From: Candidatus Oxydemutatoraceae bacterium
GTDB taxonomy: Bacteria > Pseudomonadota > Gammaproteobacteria > Poriferisulfidales > Oxydemutatoraceae
NCBI GenBank assembly: GCA_965219575.1
Contig: OZ244779.1
Span: forward strand, 1,356,769 to 1,420,768
Direction of reading: 5' to 3'
Length of the DNA stretch: 64,000 nucleotides
Below, piece by piece: positions 55,389-64,000 of the stretch (position 1 is the stretch's first letter; every line of letters starts with the position of its first letter). Position numbers and translations under genes: made by a program. Under the pieces are notes generated by a model. The model made no database searches. It was not told the DNA's origin and was given only the letters and a program-made list of their open reading frames with translations.

Positions 55389-58034
55389 CTAATGTTTTGC
55401 GGGATTTTCGGTATCGGAATCGATTTGATATTTTTTTATTGCCGAAGCCGATATATCGGGCGGTAGTTTTTCGTTGTCGGCCAGAGCTTGCAATGCAGTT
55501 AATACGATATGGTATCTATCTACTTCGAAGAAGCGTCGTAGTTGCTCGCGAGTATCCGAGCGTCCGTAGCCGTCGGTTCCCAGAGTGTAGTAGGGTGCGG
55601 GAATGTATGCGCGTATTTGTTCGGCGTAGCCGTGCATGTAGTCGCTGGCAGCGACGACGGGGATATCCGCTTGAGGTAGACATTGGGTGACATAAGGTGT
55701 ACTTTTATCGGCCAGCGGATGCAATCTATTTCGGCGCACCGCATCGTATCCGTCGCGAGACAATTCGGTGAAGCTGGTGACACTATAGACTTCGGCTTCT
55801 ATATCCCAATCGTTTTGCAGTAGTGCTTGTGCGGCGATACACTCTCGCAAAATTGCACCACTACCCAATAGACGAACTCGAGGCTGAGACGATGGTTTAA
55901 GGCAATAGATACCACGAATAATCTGCGCAGTGACATTCGCGGGCATCTCGGGATGTTCGTAGTTTTCGTTCATCACGGTGATATAGAAGAAGACATTCTC
56001 CTGTTTGCCGACCATACGTTTCAATCCGTGATGAATAATTACCGCAAGTTCATAAGCAAAGCAAGGGTCGTAGCTAATACAGTTGGGTATGACTGCGGCT
56101 TGTAAATGACTTTGTCCGTCTTGATGTTGCAAGCCTTCGCCGGCTAAGGTGGTGCGTCCCGATGTTGCGCCGATTAAAAAGCCGCGTGCCTCCATATCGC
56201 CTGCTGCCCAGGCGAGATCACCGATGCGCTGAAAACCGAATATCGAATAGAATATATAAAAAGGCACCATGTTCAAGCTATGCTCGCTGTACGAAGTTGC
56301 CGCAGCGATCCACGATGAAAAAGCACCCGCCTCGCAGATAGATTCTTCCAGTATCTGTCCCGATTTATCTTCTTTGTAATACATGATTTCATCTATATCT
56401 TCCGGTTCGTAAAGTTGTCCGATCGACGAATAAATACCCAGCGTGCGAAACATTCCTTCCATACCGAAAGTACGCGCTTCGTCGGGAACAATCGGTACTA
56501 CATAACGCCCGAATTGTCGATCTCTGCACAGCAAAGTTAAGATGCGTACGAAAGCCATCGTCGTAGAAAAGGCTTTGGATGTCGGTTTGAGCAAAGCGGA
56601 GAGACTATCCAGACTCGGGTAGGGTAGCGGTGAGGCTTTGCGCAGATGACTTCTTTGTGGCATGAAGCCGCCGAGCTTCGTGCGATGTTCATACAGATAA
56701 TGATATTCGTCGCTATCCTTCGACAAAGTGATATACTCCAGATTTTCTACTTGTCTGTCGGTGAGCGGCAAATTAAAGCGATCGCGCATCATTTTTAACG
56801 GTTCTATGTCCATCTTCTTTTGCTGATGCGAGCGGTTTTGTCCTTCGCCCGACTCTCCCATGCCGTAACCTTTGACCGTTTTGGCTAAAATTACGGTGGG
56901 ATGTTCTTTGTGATTGACCGCCTTATGATAGGCTGCATAGACTTTATTGGGGTCGTGTCCGCCTCGGTTCAATTTCCATAAATCCAGATCGGATAAGTCG
57001 GAAACCATATCGAGCAACTGCGGGTATTTGCCGAAAAAATGTTTGCGTATATAAGAACCTCCCTTCGCTTTGTAGTTTTGATAATAGCCGTCTATTACTT
57101 CTCCCATTCTTTTCACCAATAGACCCTCCTTATCTTTTTGCAATAAAGGCTCCCAATAAGATCCCCAAATGACTTTGATAACATTCCAACCCGACCCTCT
57201 GAAGATAGCTTCCAGTTCTTGAATGATTTTGCCGTTGCCGCGCACCGGTCCGTCCAATCGTTGCAAATTGCAGTTGATAACAAAAGTCAAGTTATCGAGC
57301 TTCTCACGACCGGCGAGAGAAATAGCTCCCAATGACTCGGGTTCGTCCATCTCGCCGTCTCCTAGAAATACCCAAACTCGTCGTCCTTTGCATGTTGCAA
57401 GTTTGCGGTTTTCCAAATAGTGCATGAAGCGCGCTTGGTAAATTCCCATGATCGACGAGAGGCCCATAGAGACGGTCGGGAATTGCCAAAAATCGGGCAT
57501 CAATTTAGGATGTGGATAGGAGGATAAACCCTGTTCGCCGATTTCAAAACGAAATCCGTTGAGCTGCTTCTCGGAGAGGCGCCCCTCTAGGAATGCCCGC
57601 GCATAAATACCCGGTGAACTGTGCCCTTGAATGAACAATAAATCGCTACCGTCGGGATGGTCGGGTCCTTTGAAGAAATGATTGAACCCCACATCGTAGA
57701 GTGTCGCTGCAGAAGCGAAGGTTGCGATATGTCCACCGATGCCTTTGTACTTTTTGTTGGCACGAATCACCATGACTGCGGCATTCCATCGTATCAACGA
57801 GCGAATACGGTGTTCTATCGCATTATCACCCGGACTTGCCGCCTGTTCGTCGGTCGGGATCGTGTTGACATAAGGGGTATTGGCGATAGTGCTCGGCGCA
57901 GAAATGCCTTGCGCTTGTGCATATTCATCTATACGTTTCAATAAATAAACGGCGCGTTGCTTGCCGGCTATTTCGTTAAGATCGTCGAGCGCATCGAGCC
58001 ATTCTCTGGTTTCTTGCGGGTCGCTGTCTATCAT
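55389..58034 (-). CDS. aceE: Pyruvate dehydrogenase E1 (homodimeric)
   Basis: DSDPQETREW, GGHIA, SSYPHP, GDGEMDEPES, NLQRLDGPV, GEGLQH; start ATG 58034. Confidence 0.97.
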   Translation of the reverse strand: MIDSDPQETREWLDALDDLNEIAGKQRAVYLLKRIDEYAQAQGISAPSTIANTPYVNTIPTDEQAASPGDNAIEHRIRSLIRWNAAVMVIRANKKYKGIGGHIATFASAATLYDVGFNHFFKGPDHPDGSDLLFIQGHSSPGIYARAFLEGRLSEKQLNGFRFEIGEQGLSSYPHPKLMPDFWQFPTVSMGLSSIMGIYQARFMHYLENRKLATCKGRRVWVFLGDGEMDEPESLGAISLAGREKLDNLTFVINCNLQRLDGPVRGNGKIIQELEAIFRGSGWNVIKVIWGSYWEPLLQKDKEGLLVKRMGEVIDGYYQNYKAKGGSYIRKHFFGKYPQLLDMVSDLSDLDLWKLNRGGHDPNKVYAAYHKAVNHKEHPTVILAKTVKGYGMGESGEGQNRSHQQKKMDIEPLKMMRDRFNLPLTDRQVENLEYITLSKDSDEYHYLYEHRTKLGGFMPQRSHLRKASPLPYPSLDSLSALLKPTSKAFSTTMAFVRILTLLCRDRQFGRYVVPIVPDEARTFGMEGMFRTLGIYSSIGQLYEPEDIDEIMYYKEDKSGQILEESICEAGAFSSWIAAATSYSEHSLNMVPFYIFYSIFGFQRIGDLAWAAGDMEARGFLIGATSGRTTLAGEGLQHQDGQSHLQAAVIPNCISYDPCFAYELAVIIHHGLKRMVGKQENVFFYITVMNENYEHPEMPANVTAQIIRGIYCLKPSSQPRVRLLGSGAILRECIAAQALLQNDWDIEAEVYSVTSFTELSRDGYDAVRRNRLHPLADKSTPYVTQCLPQADIPVVAASDYMHGYAEQIRAYIPAPYYTLGTDGYGRSDTREQLRRFFEVDRYHIVLTALQALADNEKLPPDISASAIKKYQIDSDTENPAKH

Positions 58035-58042
58035 CGGCGGTA

Positions 58043-58834
58043 TCAGTTGCGGATGCGAACACCCCGCACCAGCAGCTGCAAGCAAATAGTCACCAAAACG
58101 ATTAAACAGCCGGCCAGAATAATCAGCGATCTGGAAACATTGACATCACTAAATCCCATGCTGGCGTGTCTGAATATATCTATCATATAAAAGATCGGAT
58201 TGAATAAAGTGATGTTGCGCCATACTTCGGGTAGTATTTCCACTGAATAAAAGACACCGCCTAGATAGGTCAGAGGCATCAAAATAAAAGTAGGAATGAT
58301 TGAAATGCCGTCGAAACTTCTGGCGTATATACCGTTGATCATGCCGGCGGTAGAAAATACCGCCGAAGTCAACAGCAACACGACGATTGTCAAACCGAAA
58401 TCGGGGAAGGGGAGCGTTGCAAAAGTTAAGGAGACTACCCAAACGACCAGACCGACGACTAGACCCCTTGCCATGCCGCCGACAATAAAGCCGATCATTA
58501 ATATATACGCCGGCATCGGTGAGATAAGCATTTCCTCTATATTTTTATGGAAGCGAGTGCTGTAGAACGAGGTGACAACATTACTGTAAGAATTGGTGAT
58601 TACCGACATCAGGATTAATCCCGGAATAATGTATTCCATATAGGTGTATCCTCCCATCCCGGAGAGCTGCCGACCCACCAATTCTCCGAAGATAACGCAA
58701 TACAGCATCGTCGTTATCGCCGGCGGTAGCAGAGTCTGTATCCAAATACGCATAAAACGTAATATCTCTCGTCTCAATAGGGTATAAAGCACAATCGCTA
58801 TATATTGCGGATATTCGGATTGAGATTGGTTCAC
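58043..58834 (-). CDS. yadH: ABC-2 transporter permease YadH-like
   Basis: RF.RIW.QTLLPP.IT, PGLILMSVITNSYSNV, PLTYLGGVFYS; GTG start overlaps the yadG stop. Confidence 0.88.
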   Translation of the reverse strand: MNQSQSEYPQYIAIVLYTLLRREILRFMRIWIQTLLPPAITTMLYCVIFGELVGRQLSGMGGYTYMEYIIPGLILMSVITNSYSNVVTSFYSTRFHKNIEEMLISPMPAYILMIGFIVGGMARGLVVGLVVWVVSLTFATLPFPDFGLTIVVLLLTSAVFSTAGMINGIYARSFDGISIIPTFILMPLTYLGGVFYSVEILPEVWRNITLFNPIFYMIDIFRHASMGFSDVNVSRSLIILAGCLIVLVTICLQLLVRGVRIRN

Positions 58835-59796
58835 TATGCGTGCCTCTCTATATCGGAATCGCTCAACGGTAAAGTATCGTGCTCGGATACTAATTTTAGA
58901 AACAACTCTTCCAATCGGTTGGAGGTATTGCGCAGACTCAATAAGCGAATGTTGTGGCGCGACAGCTCGGTAAATACTCGCGCCAAATCGGTATTGCAAC
59001 CGGTAATCACCTCTAAAGTATACGCATCGATCTGCTTTAAGGTCACCGAATCTATGGTCGGCATATTATCCGCAGTGATAGGTTCGGTTAGATAAAGGGT
59101 GAACGATTCCGAATCCGAGCTATTGAGTAAATTGCGCATCGTTGTATTGGCAATGATTTTTCCTTGATCGATGATGGCGATATTGCGGCATAATTTTTCG
59201 GCTTCCTCCAAGTAATGCGTGGTGAGTATAATCGTCGTACCCTGTTCGTTCAGTTCGCTTAGAAAGTGCCATATCATCCGTCTTATCTCTATATCGACAC
59301 CGGCAGTCGGTTCGTCCAGAATCAGTAGTTGAGGCTTATGTAGCATCGCACGGGCAATCATCAAACGTCGTTTCATTCCTCCCGAGAGATTGCGTGCTTC
59401 TTGATAACGCTTCTCCCATAAACCTAGGTCTTTAAGGTACTCTCCGGCGCGACTACGCGCTTTACGAGGCGGCACACCGTAATAACCTGCTTGGTTGACT
59501 AAAATTTCAATCACCGGTTCGAATTGATTAAAACTGAACTCTTGTGGCACCAGCCCGATATACTTTTTAGCTTTATTGAAATGTGTATCTATGTTGAGTC
59601 CGTATATATGTACTTCACCCGAAGTTTTCTTGATTAGTGAAGTAATGATACCGAGGGTTGTAGACTTGCCTGCACCGTTAGGACCTAGAAGGGCGAAAAA
59701 ATCACCGTGTTCTACGACTAGATTAACTTTGTCCAGAGCTATTTGTCCGTTCGGATAGATTTTGTCCAAATTTGAAATATGAAGAGCGGATTTCAT
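58834..59796 (-). CDS. yadG: ABC transporter ATPase YadG-like
   Basis: GPNGAGKST, LSGGMKRRLMIARA, LDEPTAGVD, NRLEELF. Confidence 0.9.
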   Translation of the reverse strand: MKSALHISNLDKIYPNGQIALDKVNLVVEHGDFFALLGPNGAGKSTTLGIITSLIKKTSGEVHIYGLNIDTHFNKAKKYIGLVPQEFSFNQFEPVIEILVNQAGYYGVPPRKARSRAGEYLKDLGLWEKRYQEARNLSGGMKRRLMIARAMLHKPQLLILDEPTAGVDIEIRRMIWHFLSELNEQGTTIILTTHYLEEAEKLCRNIAIIDQGKIIANTTMRNLLNSSDSESFTLYLTEPITADNMPTIDSVTLKQIDAYTLEVITGCNTDLARVFTELSRHNIRLLSLRNTSNRLEELFLKLVSEHDTLPLSDSDIERHA

Positions 59797-59867
59797 AACG
59801 CCTATTGTACGACATACAATGTCGATACGCTTTTGTTTAATCGTAAAACATTACATATAATAAGCCG

Positions 59868-60866
59868 ATGAATTTAAGCGAGCATAGACGTTTTTGTGTG
59901 GCACCGATGATGGCTTATACCGACCGCCATTTCCGCTATTTATTACGATTGATTAGCCGTCATGCGATGCTGTATACGGAAATGCTTAGCAGTCATGCAA
60001 TACTGAACGGTGATTGTAGTCGTTTATTGGGTTTTTCCGATCAGGAACATCCTTTGGCGTTGCAGGTCGGAGGGAGTTGTGCCGAAGATATGGCGCGTTG
60101 TGCCGAATATGCCGAGCAATACGGTTACGACGAGATTAACATCAACGCAGGATGCCCCAGCCCCAGAGTGGGCAAGGCACAATTCGGAGCTTGCTTGATG
60201 AAAACACCACAACGCATCGCAGACTGTGTCCACTTAATGTCGCAAGCGAGCAATTTACCCGTCAGTGTGAAGTGCAGAATCGGTGTTGACGATCACGACG
60301 GCTACGAACGGTTTTATCGTTTCGTAGCATGTATTGCCGATGCCGGTTGCAACATATTCATCGTCCATGCCCGTAAGGCACTGCTAGGCAAATTATCTCC
60401 CAAACAGAATAGAGAAATACCACCGCTCGAATACGAGTATGTCTATAGGCTCAAGCAAGCGCGTCCCGACTTGGAGATTATCTTGAACGGTGGCATAAAC
60501 GATATAGCTACTGCGTACCGAGAATTGGATATCGTAGACGGAGTGATGCTGGGCCGAGCGGTACAGAAAAATCCTTTTATACTACACGAAGTCGATGCAC
60601 TGTTTTATAATCGGCATACCGGTTATAAATCCCCGATAGATATTGCCGGAATGATGTTACTTTATATAGAATATCAAATCGGCAAAAACACATACAATAA
60701 AAAATTGTTACAAGCCGTGCAGAATTTATTTAAGGGACATAGGCACGCTAAAAAATGGAGACACCTACTGAGCGTAGAAGCGAATAGGATAGAAAAAAAT
60801 AAACTCGTCGGATGGTTGGACGAACAACTGAAATCATTCGAGGAGGAATTACTTGAAAATATATAA
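59868..60866 (+). CDS. dusA: tRNA-dihydrouridine(20/20a) synthase
   Basis: VAPMM..TDRHFR, N.GCPS.RV, FGACLM, VKCRIG, HARKA, LSPKQNREIPPL.Y. Confidence 0.9.
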   Translation: MNLSEHRRFCVAPMMAYTDRHFRYLLRLISRHAMLYTEMLSSHAILNGDCSRLLGFSDQEHPLALQVGGSCAEDMARCAEYAEQYGYDEININAGCPSPRVGKAQFGACLMKTPQRIADCVHLMSQASNLPVSVKCRIGVDDHDGYERFYRFVACIADAGCNIFIVHARKALLGKLSPKQNREIPPLEYEYVYRLKQARPDLEIILNGGINDIATAYRELDIVDGVMLGRAVQKNPFILHEVDALFYNRHTGYKSPIDIAGMMLLYIEYQIGKNTYNKKLLQAVQNLFKGHRHAKKWRHLLSVEANRIEKNKLVGWLDEQLKSFEEELLENI

Positions 60867-60882
60867 GATTTAAGGATACGAA

Positions 60883-61665
60883 ATGAGTTTATGGGTACGG
60901 TTTGAACACCGAAATCAAATAAAAATAGGTTGCTTGGAAGGGCAGGAAATCAGACTTTGTGATACCGAGGATGACCATCCTTTCGGCACTCCGCCGCTCA
61001 CCGATCAAACCGTGCGTTTGGATAAAGTTACATTATTAACGCCGTGCACACCGAGTAAAATGATTGCATTGTGGAATAATTACGCCGCCCTTGCCGATAA
61101 AAATGAATTGCCTTATCCCGAGACACCTTTGTATTTATTCAAGCCTGCGAATACTTATGCCGGACCCGAGGCGATTATCAGATATCCTAGGTTTTACGAA
61201 GGTGAAGTTTTTTATGAGGGTGAACTCGGTATCGTTATCGGCAGGCTTGCGTGTAATCTTGAAAATCCTAAAGCCGGCAACGATGCGATATTCGGTTATA
61301 CCTGCATCAACGATGTGACCGCCTTCGATTTATTAAAAGAATACGCAGGCTTCGATCAATGGAGCCGTGCAAAAGGTTTTGACGGCTTCGGTATATTCGG
61401 TCCTGCGATTGCCACACAATTGGATTGGCGAGCACTCGAAATCATAACCCGTGTGAACGGTGCCGAAGTCCAGCATTACCCGGCAAAAGATATGATTTTT
61501 AATCCACCCGAGGTAGTTACCGCATTGTCGCGCAATATGACACTATATCCAGGGGATATTATCTGCTGCGGTACTTCGATCGGATTAGGTCCGATGCCGG
61601 TAGATTGCATTGTTGAAGTTGAAATCGCAGGTATCGGCCGTCTGACCAATAGAACCGCCGATTGA
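60883..61665 (+). CDS. Fumarylacetoacetate hydrolase family protein
   Basis: N-Y, FKP, YEGEL, GYTC.NDVT, W.RAKGFD, L.PGDII..GT. Confidence 0.88.
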   Translation: MSLWVRFEHRNQIKIGCLEGQEIRLCDTEDDHPFGTPPLTDQTVRLDKVTLLTPCTPSKMIALWNNYAALADKNELPYPETPLYLFKPANTYAGPEAIIRYPRFYEGEVFYEGELGIVIGRLACNLENPKAGNDAIFGYTCINDVTAFDLLKEYAGFDQWSRAKGFDGFGIFGPAIATQLDWRALEIITRVNGAEVQHYPAKDMIFNPPEVVTALSRNMTLYPGDIICCGTSIGLGPMPVDCIVEVEIAGIGRLTNRTAD

Positions 61666-61788
61666 GCCGATAGGTCAATCGGCATAACTTCTTACAAAAT
61701 CTAAATATTGTGTCCATAATTCATTCCCCTCCTGTGGAGGGGTGGCAGGCGCAATATAAACGGTAGAGTGGGAGTTGTTGAAAAAGTG

Positions 61789-61819
61789 CGTCGCTTGCTC
61801 TATAGAGGAGCAAGCGACG
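61789..61819 (-). terminator. Hairpin terminator downstream of pstS
   Basis: CGTCGCTTGCTC/GAGCAAGCGACG stem, followed by CACTTTTT on the minus strand. Confidence 0.65.
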
Positions 61820-61832
61820 GAATTTATTATTG

Positions 61833-62879
61833 TTATAAGGTTGCCGAGAGAATTTCTAGATTGTTTACCGCATCCATGACGGATTCGTGTTCGGCCGGAC
61901 CCATCGGTATTAAGCCTCTCTCTATTAGATAGCCTTCCGGACCGGTTGCCTCGGGATTGATAAACGCTTTAGCGTATTCGGCAACACCCGGGATAACGCC
62001 TACATGTTGTTTTTTCACATAGAAATACAATGCCCTGGATATCGGATAGCTACCGTCGGAGATGGTCTCGAATACCGGGGACACATCGCCGATTAAAGCA
62101 CCCTGTACGAGATCCATATTCTGCTCGAGGAAACTAAATCCGAAGATTCCGAAAGCATCGGGATTGACGCTGAGTTTCTGCACGATGAGGTTATCGTTTT
62201 CACCGGCTTCTACATAAGCACCGTCTTCGCGAATGCTGTGGCAACGTGCTTTGTATGTAGTTTTATCGACGGACTTCATTGCTTTGATCCACTCGTAATT
62301 TTTGCAACCCCCTTCCATTCCGAGTTCTACGAAAGCATCACGGGTACCCGAAGTAGGCGGAGGACCTAGCACCATAATCTCGGTTTCGGGGAGGTCTGCA
62401 TTGACATCGCTCCACATTTTATGAGGATTGGGCACGAACGACTCCGAACCGTCCGGGTTGGGGATGTCTTTGGCAAGTGCCAAGTAAATATCCTTAAGCT
62501 CAACTTTCATCGTATCGGCTTTTTTAGAATTAGCCAACACGATGCCGTCGTAGCCTACTTTAACCTCTATAATTTGGTCGACACCGTTTTCACGACAACT
62601 ATCAACCTCGCTTTGTTTGATTCGGCGAGATGCGTTGGTGATGTCCGGTGTTTGTACCCCGAGTCCCGAGCAGAAAAGTTTCAAGCCACCGCCCGAACCG
62701 GTTGATTCTATTTTGGGGGTTTTGAAACTAGTGGTTTGACCGAAATGCTCGGCGACTACGGTTGCGAATGGATAGACCGTTGAAGAGCCGACGATGGAGA
62801 TTTGCTCTCTTGCATCGGCAATGCCGATACTCAGAACGAAAAATCCAGCGAGGGCAAGGTAAGATTGAAATTTTTTCAT
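61833..62879 (-). CDS. pstS: Phosphate ABC transporter substrate-binding protein
   Basis: GSSTVYPF, STGSGGG, NASR, PPTSGTRD, ENDNLIV, YPISR.LYFY. Confidence 0.9.
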   Translation of the reverse strand: MKKFQSYLALAGFFVLSIGIADAREQISIVGSSTVYPFATVVAEHFGQTTSFKTPKIESTGSGGGLKLFCSGLGVQTPDITNASRRIKQSEVDSCRENGVDQIIEVKVGYDGIVLANSKKADTMKVELKDIYLALAKDIPNPDGSESFVPNPHKMWSDVNADLPETEIMVLGPPPTSGTRDAFVELGMEGGCKNYEWIKAMKSVDKTTYKARCHSIREDGAYVEAGENDNLIVQKLSVNPDAFGIFGFSFLEQNMDLVQGALIGDVSPVFETISDGSYPISRALYFYVKKQHVGVIPGVAEYAKAFINPEATGPEGYLIERGLIPMGPAEHESVMDAVNNLEILSATL

Positions 62880-62952
62880 TCCATACTCCTGAATAGTTAA
62901 TCAAATTATTGCTAGGGATAATCCTGCAATGCCACTATAATGATGCGAAAAT

Positions 62953-62970
62953 ATGACAGGAATATGTAAA
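62953..62970 (-). promoter_or_regulatory. Putative Pho box
   Basis: Minus strand TTTACAT-ATTC-CTGTCAT (11-bp spacing), about 75 bp upstream of pstS. Confidence 0.65.
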
Positions 62971-63027
62971 AATGGAATTATCGAGCGATATTCGTTTAGC
63001 TTTCGGCACCGACTTTTAATCGAACAA

Positions 63028-64000
63028 ATGAAAAACAAAGACATAGCAAATTATGCGATGATTTTTGCATGGCTATTACGAGGCAAACAATGGTATCTTT
63101 ACCCGATGATATTGCTATTATTATCGGCGTGTGGCGATGCGGTGTGGAATAATCCGTACGGAGGTTCGATCGACAATACCTATTATTCCAGTTTTACCGA
63201 ACGTCCGAAGCATTTAGATCCGGCGCGCGCATACAGTAGTAACGAGTATGCGATTCTGGGGCAAATATACGAACCGGTGTTGCAATACCATTATCTAAAG
63301 CGACCCTATCAGCTCATCCCGCTAACCGCCAACCGGATGCCGACCCTATCTTATGTGGATACAGAAGGGTATCGCACCGATGAGAAGAACGCAGCCTATA
63401 TCGTCTACGATATAGAAATAAACCCGGGTATTTTGTTCCAGCCGCATCCGGCGTTTGTAGCTTCCGGCGACGATTATTTATATCATGCGATGTCCGACGA
63501 ACAGTTGACCGAGATAGAACGACTGGCGGACTTTCGCGAACAAGCGACGCGTGAATTAAAAGCCGCCGACTATGTTTATCAGATCAAACGACTGGCGGAC
63601 CCGGCGCGGTATTCTCCGATTGCAAGTATTTTGGCACAATACATTGTCGGCTTTCCGGAGTTCAGGGCGCGCATCGAGAGCGTGCGTAAAGACCTTGCGC
63701 GTGAGGCGTGGTTGGATTTGCGCAACGAGCAAATGGCAGGCGTAGAACTCATCGACGATTATCGGTATAGGATCACGGTGAGCAAGGATTATCCGCAATT
63801 CATCTATTGGCTTGCGATGCCGTTTTTTGCGGCGATGCCGTGGGAGGCCGATCGCTTTTATCATCAGCCGGGGCTCAAAGAACGCAATATCACGCTGGAT
63901 TGGTTTCCTATCGGTACGGGGGCTTTTATGATGACCGAGAATAACCCTAACTTGCGGATGACTCTGGTACGCAACCCCAATTTTAGAGCCGACTATTATC
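63028..64000 (+). CDS. Family-5 ABC transporter substrate-binding lipoprotein; runs off the window edge
   Basis: Not in the ORF track. Manual translation: LLSACG..WNNPY, SF.ERPKHLDPA..YSSNE, QIYEP.LQYHYLKRPY.L, PIGTG.F. Confidence 0.85.
   Translation, partial: MKNKDIANYAMIFAWLLRGKQWYLYPMILLLLSACGDAVWNNPYGGSIDNTYYSSFTERPKHLDPARAYSSNEYAILGQIYEPVLQYHYLKRPYQLIPLTANRMPTLSYVDTEGYRTDEKNAAYIVYDIEINPGILFQPHPAFVASGDDYLYHAMSDEQLTEIERLADFREQATRELKAADYVYQIKRLADPARYSPIASILAQYIVGFPEFRARIESVRKDLAREAWLDLRNEQMAGVELIDDYRYRITVSKDYPQFIYWLAMPFFAAMPWEADRFYHQPGLKERNITLDWFPIGTGAFMMTENNPNLRMTLVRNPNFRADYY

Noticed and set aside
54755-55690. 311-aa plus-strand ORF
   Set aside because: Antisense shadow of aceF/aceE with no recognisable motifs; most other short overlapping ORFs in the track were dismissed for the same reason.

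Overview
A 64-kb chromosomal window from a Gammaproteobacterium-like genome; the taxonomy is inferred from gene order (TPR-lolB-ispE-tRNA-Gln-prs, aceEF-lpdA, sdhE-ygfX). The housekeeping backbone is sat (partial), sdhCDABE, icd/aceA, an Fe3+ ABC transporter, a compact type IV pilus operon, bepA, lolB/ispE/prs, PDH, yadGH, dusA, pstS and three tRNAs. A tetrahydromethanopterin (H4MPT) formaldehyde-oxidation cluster (mptG, mtdB, orfY, mch, orf5, orf7, fae) has a methanethiol oxidase (mtoX) gene inside it. The strongest signal is two IS110 elements with clearly diverged recombinases but an identical 216-bp non-coding end. That end reads as an IS621-type bridge RNA whose four guide segments match the element's own circle junction (AAGGCAT-CA-GGTAT) and a GTAG-type REP palindrome (GGGCGGA-CA-TGCTA). 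Both elements sit in that REP variant, the core is CA, and circularisation would form a sigma70 promoter. Other candidates: a PBECR2-like nuclease gene facing a convergent pseudoknotted RNA with its own predicted promoter; two modular secreted proteins sharing a C-terminal LRIKLFLEGPLQ tail; a Zn-finger/QueD-like fusion lacking a Zn ligand; two coiled-coil repeat genes sharing an upstream motif; nested MITE/REP families; and an R-M pair inside the lolB operon. All calls come from reading the sequence by eye; no searches or folding programs were run.
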